This document shows, one piece after another, positions 59,401 to 64,000 of a DNA stretch of 64,000 bases (position 1 is the stretch's first letter; the number at the start of each line of letters is the position of its first letter). Below the pieces are notes generated by a model, which saw nothing but the letters and a program-made list of their open reading frames with translations, was not told where the DNA came from and made no database searches. Origin of the DNA: Selaginella moellendorffii (Eukaryota; Plantae; Lycopodiophyta); assembly GCF_000143415.4 (NCBI RefSeq), contig NW_003314298.1:1340248-1404247 (forward strand). The letters run 5' to 3'. The position numbers and the translations under genes are program-made.

Positions 59401-59774
59401 AAAGAATTTTCCATTCTTCCGAGAGGAAGGGATGATATGAGGGCCAAATGTATGGCTATAATGCCGTATACTAATATTAACGTAATGAGATTTTGGTAGC
59501 CATTAGATTGATTTCAATCAAGACCACTCGCTCTTGTATATAAACTAGGGTTTTTGGGCTAATTATTTTTATATTCCCTTTCCATATTCCATGCACTCAC
59601 ACCTTTATATTTATTTTGGCATTTGACATTTCAATGTTTATATCATCACCTACCACATGAGTATAATCTTTTTTAATAGAAAAACTTACTAAACTCTTTA
59701 AAGTTTAGAAAATGATCATTTTGGGCTGGTGACTTATTCTTTGTAATGCAATATTGACACAAGCACCCACAGAA

Positions 59775-61312
59775 ATGGATCTAGCACTTGCTGTGAGCTC
59801 TGCAGCTTTCATCACTCTCTTGGTCTTGTGGTTCTTGAAACCTTCCTCAAATCTTCCACCAGGTCCATGGGGATTGCCCCTGATTGGCCACTTACACTTG
59901 CTAGCAGGAATGCCCCTGCACAGAGCATTCCAACGCATAGCCAAGAAGTATGGTCCTATTACTTCATTGAGGCTGGGAATGATCCCAACCGTGGTGATTT
60001 CCAACCAAGAGCTTGCCAAGGAGATCTTCACCACACACGATCTAAATTTTGCTTCCAGGCCATACTTGGTTTCAGGTGACCACTTCAGCTATAACTTTTC
60101 TGGACCTGCAACCAGTCCCTATGGAGAGCTATGGCGAAACACTCGCAAGCTGTGTACAATAGAGCTCTTCACGGCCAAGTGTATTGACTCCTTCTCTTGG
60201 GTCAGAAGGGATGAGCTTTCTCGTACCTTGGAGGGGATTTTGAAGGACCATGGCGATGACGAACCTGTGGAGGTGAGAAAAGTGGCCAGTGTTTTCTCCT
60301 TCAACATCACATCACGAATTTTGATGAGCAAGAGGTACTTTGGTGATGAAAACGTAGATGCCCATGCCATGGAATTCAAGGAGCTCAATGACAAAGTTCT
60401 TGAGCTGGTGATCAATCCCTGCATTAGCAACTTGGTGCCCTGGTACTTGAGATGGCTGGACTGGCAGATTCCTCGCTACAAGCGAATCCATGCCAAGCAA
60501 GACGAGTTCTTGCAGAAGATTGTTGAGGAGCACAAGGAGACGACACGGGAATGCAAGGACTTCCTCGATATCATGCTCGACTTCTTTGGAGCAGGGACAC
60601 AAGGGGAGACTTATGTAAAGGCGAATCTCATGGTACGCTTTGCAAAACTTCTCCTTGATTGCTTATTTCTTATGCTACAAATGCCCAGGAGATGTTAATT
60701 GCTGGTACTGATACCACCACCACCGTGAGCGAGTGGCTCATGGGTGCAGTGATGCACAATCCTCGAGTCATGGCCAAGCTCCACGAGGAGCTCGACAGTG
60801 TTGTGGGCAACACTCGGATGGTGCAAGAGTCGGACCTCCAAAAGCTCGAGTACCTCCAGATTGTCCTCAAGGAATCACTCAGACGCTATCCTCCGGGAGC
60901 CTTACTCATGCCGCGCATCTCAAGGCAAGCAGCAACCGTTGGCGGCTTCCACGTTCCAAAAGGGACCACTCTCCTGGTGAATGCATGGGCGATTGGAATG
61001 GATCCGGCAGTGTGGGAGAATCCCACACAATTCCACCCGGAGCGCTTCTTGGGGAGCTCCATCGATGTCAAAGGCCACAACTTTGAGCTCCTCCCGTTTG
61101 GATCTGGGCGGAGAAAGTGTCCGGGAATGGGCATGGGATTGCGATCAGTGGAGCTGCTCGTGGCAAATCTCATCCATGGCTTCAACTGGAGCTTTGTGCC
61201 TGGGACAACGCCGTCCATGGAAGATGTTTTCTCCACTACTGCGCAGCTCAAGACCCCATTGCAAGCCATGGCGACTCCAAGGCTCCCCAAGGAGGTCTAC
61301 ATCAAAGTTTAG
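59775..61312 (+). CDS. Cytochrome P450, A-type (CYP71 clan), 493 aa. Exons 59775-60632 and 60689-61312
   Basis: N-terminal anchor, LPPGPWGLPLIGHL, AGTDTT, ESLR, PERF, PFGSGRRKCPG. Single 56-nt phase-0 GT-AG intron at the conserved A-type position. Confidence 0.93.
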
Positions 61313-61473
61313 AGATCACTTAGTGGACTTTGCTACAAAGACTATTCTACTCGTATTTACTCCGCAGCTCAAGACCCCATTGCAAGCCATGGCGACTCCA
61401 AGGCTCCCCAAGGAGGTCTACATCAAAGTTTAGAGATCACTTAGTGGACTTTGCTACAAAGACTATTCTACTC
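61242..61473 (+). repeat. 121-bp-period tandem duplication of the CYP C-terminus, stop codon and 3' UTR
   Basis: CGCAGCTCAAGACCCC...GACTATTCTACTC starts at both 61242 and 61363. Confidence 0.9.
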
Positions 61474-61639
61474 TTAATAAATAGCTGGTTTTTCCATGTC
61501 TATAAGATCATATGTAGGCTTTTGGATTGCAGCAATGTGTTTGTTAGATCCGAATTCCAAGAAGTGTTCAAGGCTCGCTCGCTCGATCGATCCAAAAGAG
61601 TCTCTTTCTCATTTATGTATTAAGTAAGCATCTCCAAAG

Positions 61640-61830
61640 GTTGACCGTCGAATTTCCCGCTCACTTCAAGCCGACGCGACGTTGAGCCAATCACAGCGCA
61701 GGACCGAGGGATGGGCAATCTTAACCATTGAATTTCCCGCTCACTTGAAGCGGACGCGAGGTTGCGCGAATCACAGCGCAGGACCGGGATCGGCCCGAGC
61801 ACCGTCGGATGAACCTGCCCAGTACCGTCC
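61640..61830 (+). repeat. Second locus of the CCAAT/E2F repeat (two ~80-bp units)
   Basis: AATTTCCCGCTCACTT at 61651 and 61731, each followed by AATCACAGCGCAGGACC. Confidence 0.8.
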
Positions 61831-62618
61831 GATGCAGGTAATACTCAAAAACCATCCGAGAGCATCGTGAAGGTCCTGCTCAAAATTGGACTGAGCCATC
61901 CCTTCTCACTTTCGCAGCTACGTTTAACTCTTTCGTGCAAGACACAGCGGGAGAAATTCTGTAAAAAAGCTAGCACACAAGTGCTGCTCGAGAAAACCAA
62001 CTTACTTCCAAGGACGCCTTTTTGGCAAGCTTCACGTTGGTTGCTGTGGTCTCTTCGCCTGTTGCGAGGGTGATGCGAGCCTTTTGAAACAGCCACCTTA
62101 ACGTTCGAGCGTCAGCTTTCCTTCTGTGAGAACAAGCTGAGAGGCCGCCATTTTGAGCGCTGAGACTACATCCAGATTTTGCAGCCTGTAAGAAACCCTT
62201 TCGGCATCTAGACTGCCAATCAAGCTGTTACCGGAGTCGAGGTTGCAAAGTTGAGCCTTGAAAGCAACAACAAAGTTTGCTCAAAATTCCCACACGATCC
62301 AACCGGTTCATGCTCCACTTGTCTGACGATTGGCGATTTGTTTCTCCAGTGAGACAATGAGAAAAAGGCCTCGATGGTAACGAAGCATGGAGCTGCACGA
62401 AAATTAACGAGAAAAAAAACAGAGGTTTTTTTTCTACCACGACTCCACCACGAAATCACACAAAAGCGCTTGCTCAAGAGAATCAGTTTGATTCTTGTCG
62501 GGATGCCCCCACACGCCGGCGCAGCGGCCCTGCCACAAAAAAAATCGTGTTTTGGCACAGAAAGAAGCAATGAAACGAACCAGAGGATGAATTCAATGAA
62601 ACGCATCAGGACCAGAGG

Positions 62619-63988
62619 ATGGAAGATCGAAAAAGAAACCGACGGCAGGATTTGGGTGCTGCTCAAGTATGTATGTGTTGCGGAAGAGGAAGAGAGCCTC
62701 TCAAAGGGAACAACAACCTCTATCTCAGGCTAGCAAGGCAAGAAGAAGAAGATCACCCTCCGGAGGAAGAGAGTTGCCTGGTAGCACTCGATCCGGCGCT
62801 GTGGAAGGGCCTGCCGGCGCTGCTGCTGCTCAAGATCCTTGTCGACCATCTCCCCTTGGATCGCCTCTTCCGCCTTGCCGACGGCGACTGGGAGCTCACC
62901 GCCGCCATTCTCGCGCAGCCCTTGAAGCGCGACAAGTATGCGCTGCTGCTCCCGAATCAAAGCCTCGTCTTGCACAACTTTGGTGGAGTCGAGGAGAGCT
63001 CTGCTTCTACTCCTCGAGATCTGCCGCCCAGGTGGAAGAGACTGGATGAGAGGGATGGTCAGAGCTCGTCGCAGAGGCGCCTCCTGGCCGTGTCTCCGCG
63101 CGGGCTGCTGGTACTCTACTGCGCCACAGGCGAAGGCGACCCGGGAGATCGTCACTCCCTGCTCTGCTACAGCCTAGATCCGGAGCAGCCGCAGCACCAA
63201 GCTTCCGTTTTGCTTCCAGCAGAGTATGATCATGACGGCGGTGGCGTCCAAGCTTGCCAAGTCGTGCATCCCGGCTGCAAGGATGATCAGTGGTGGTATC
63301 AGATCGTCATCTTGTATGCGGCAGGGAGCAAAGCTCTGGTTTTTGACTCGCGCTCCCTCTCCTGGAACACGGTGCGCAAGGCGAGCGCCGCGGAAAGCGA
63401 CGTCTTTATCACTAGCAGCTGCGAGGCCATCCATCTCCCCACCAAGTCAATCTCGCATGTTGTGCTGCCTCTGGGGCTCCATTGCCAGCACCCTGAGGCG
63501 ATCCAGACCCAAGACTCCACCTATTTGTTTCTTGTTGCAGCAATCGGCAAAGCCACAGGTAAAAAACACTTTTTTTTTCTTTTCTGTTCTGATGAAGCTG
63601 CCAAATCTCTGCAGCCGACTATCGCTGGACGAGAACCCCAGCTTTGGATGCTGCAAATGGTGTGAGCTACTCTCTAGTTTTCATATCTTCTTTCTCACAA
63701 TGTGTATGAGCAGGCATCCATGAGAATTCCCCAGTGGTGCTCGGTGGCTTGAGGATGGATGGGGAGACTGGAGACTGGGAACTCCTCCCAGGTCCTAGGG
63801 ACGAAGTGTGCCGAGCTTTGGTGCTGCCGGAGCTGCGGTGCCTGGGAGTCGCGGGTTGCGTGGGCGTTTTTGTCGACTCCAAGAAGCGCTTGCTCTCGTG
63901 CTTGGTCGATCCGTGGAGCTGGTATATCAGCAGCTCCGTCAAATGCTGGAACTTGGATGGCAAAATCATCCAGATAGCCTCTCCATGA
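62619..63988 (+). CDS. Putative F-box-like protein, multi-exon (exon limits uncertain)
   Basis: LDPALWKGLPALLLLKILVDHLPLDRLFRL resembles an F-box, followed by beta-rich repeats (..ALVFDSRSLSW). Candidate introns near 62667, 63559 and 63660. Confidence 0.5.
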
Positions 63989-64000
63989 TCTTTTCTATTG

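Larger units (their letters stand above)
54608..59601 (+). mobile_element. Full-length Ty3/Gypsy LTR retrotransposon (non-chromoviral, probably inactive)
   Basis: LTRs 54608-54782 and 59436-59601. TSD CCTT. PBS TGGTGGAGATG. PPT GAGAGGAAGGGATGA at 59421-59435. Domain order gag-PR-RT-RH-INT. Confidence 0.95.

Noticed and set aside
833-61312. Biosynthetic gene cluster (desaturases + P450 + methyltransferase)
   Set aside because: All SAD copies, the methyltransferase and one P450 are disabled. No scaffold-forming enzyme or co-regulation evidence.
61626-61637. Tourist/Harbinger-like TIR AGCATCTCCAA
   Set aside because: No partner TIR or TAA/TTA TSD found in the window.
61860-62610. Short ORFs upstream of the F-box-like gene
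   Set aside because: Possible exon fragments on the minus strand, but no consistent frame or motif.

Overview
Plant nuclear DNA. It is most consistent with the lycophyte Selaginella (inference from 56-72 nt introns, GC-rich exons, an intronless PLS-type PPR gene and an A-type P450). Bases 1-44,750 are a decayed tandem array: a ~25 kb unit, an ~18 kb near-copy with two N gaps, and the start of a third unit. The array is built from four repeated parts: an unidentified GC-rich 'module A', NIF/FCP1-like phosphatase relics, seven disabled acyl-ACP (stearoyl-ACP) desaturase copies, and AT-rich spacers. The spacers hold a nested set of elements (Gypsy > TRIM > LTR fragments/hAT). Bases 44,800-64,000 are mostly single-copy: an intact aspartic protease, an orphan ORF behind a G-box cluster, a methyltransferase relic, a PPR gene, a CYP pseudogene plus intact CYP71-clan gene separated by a full-length 5 kb Gypsy element, and an F-box-like gene. 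The main findings are (1) a -1 frameshift signal (G GGA AAC, 6-nt spacer, H-type pseudoknot) at the gag/pol junction of a short-LTR Gypsy with a tRNA-Ala primer site and 4-bp TSD; (2) a 5.15 kb nested insertion bounded by ATAAT TSDs; (3) a TRIM with a Pol III B-box beside its primer site; and (4) a dispersed repeat carrying CCAAT, E2F and MSA-like motifs. I found no CRISPR arrays or rRNA/tRNA genes, and no clearly new multi-gene system. Coordinates were read by eye.
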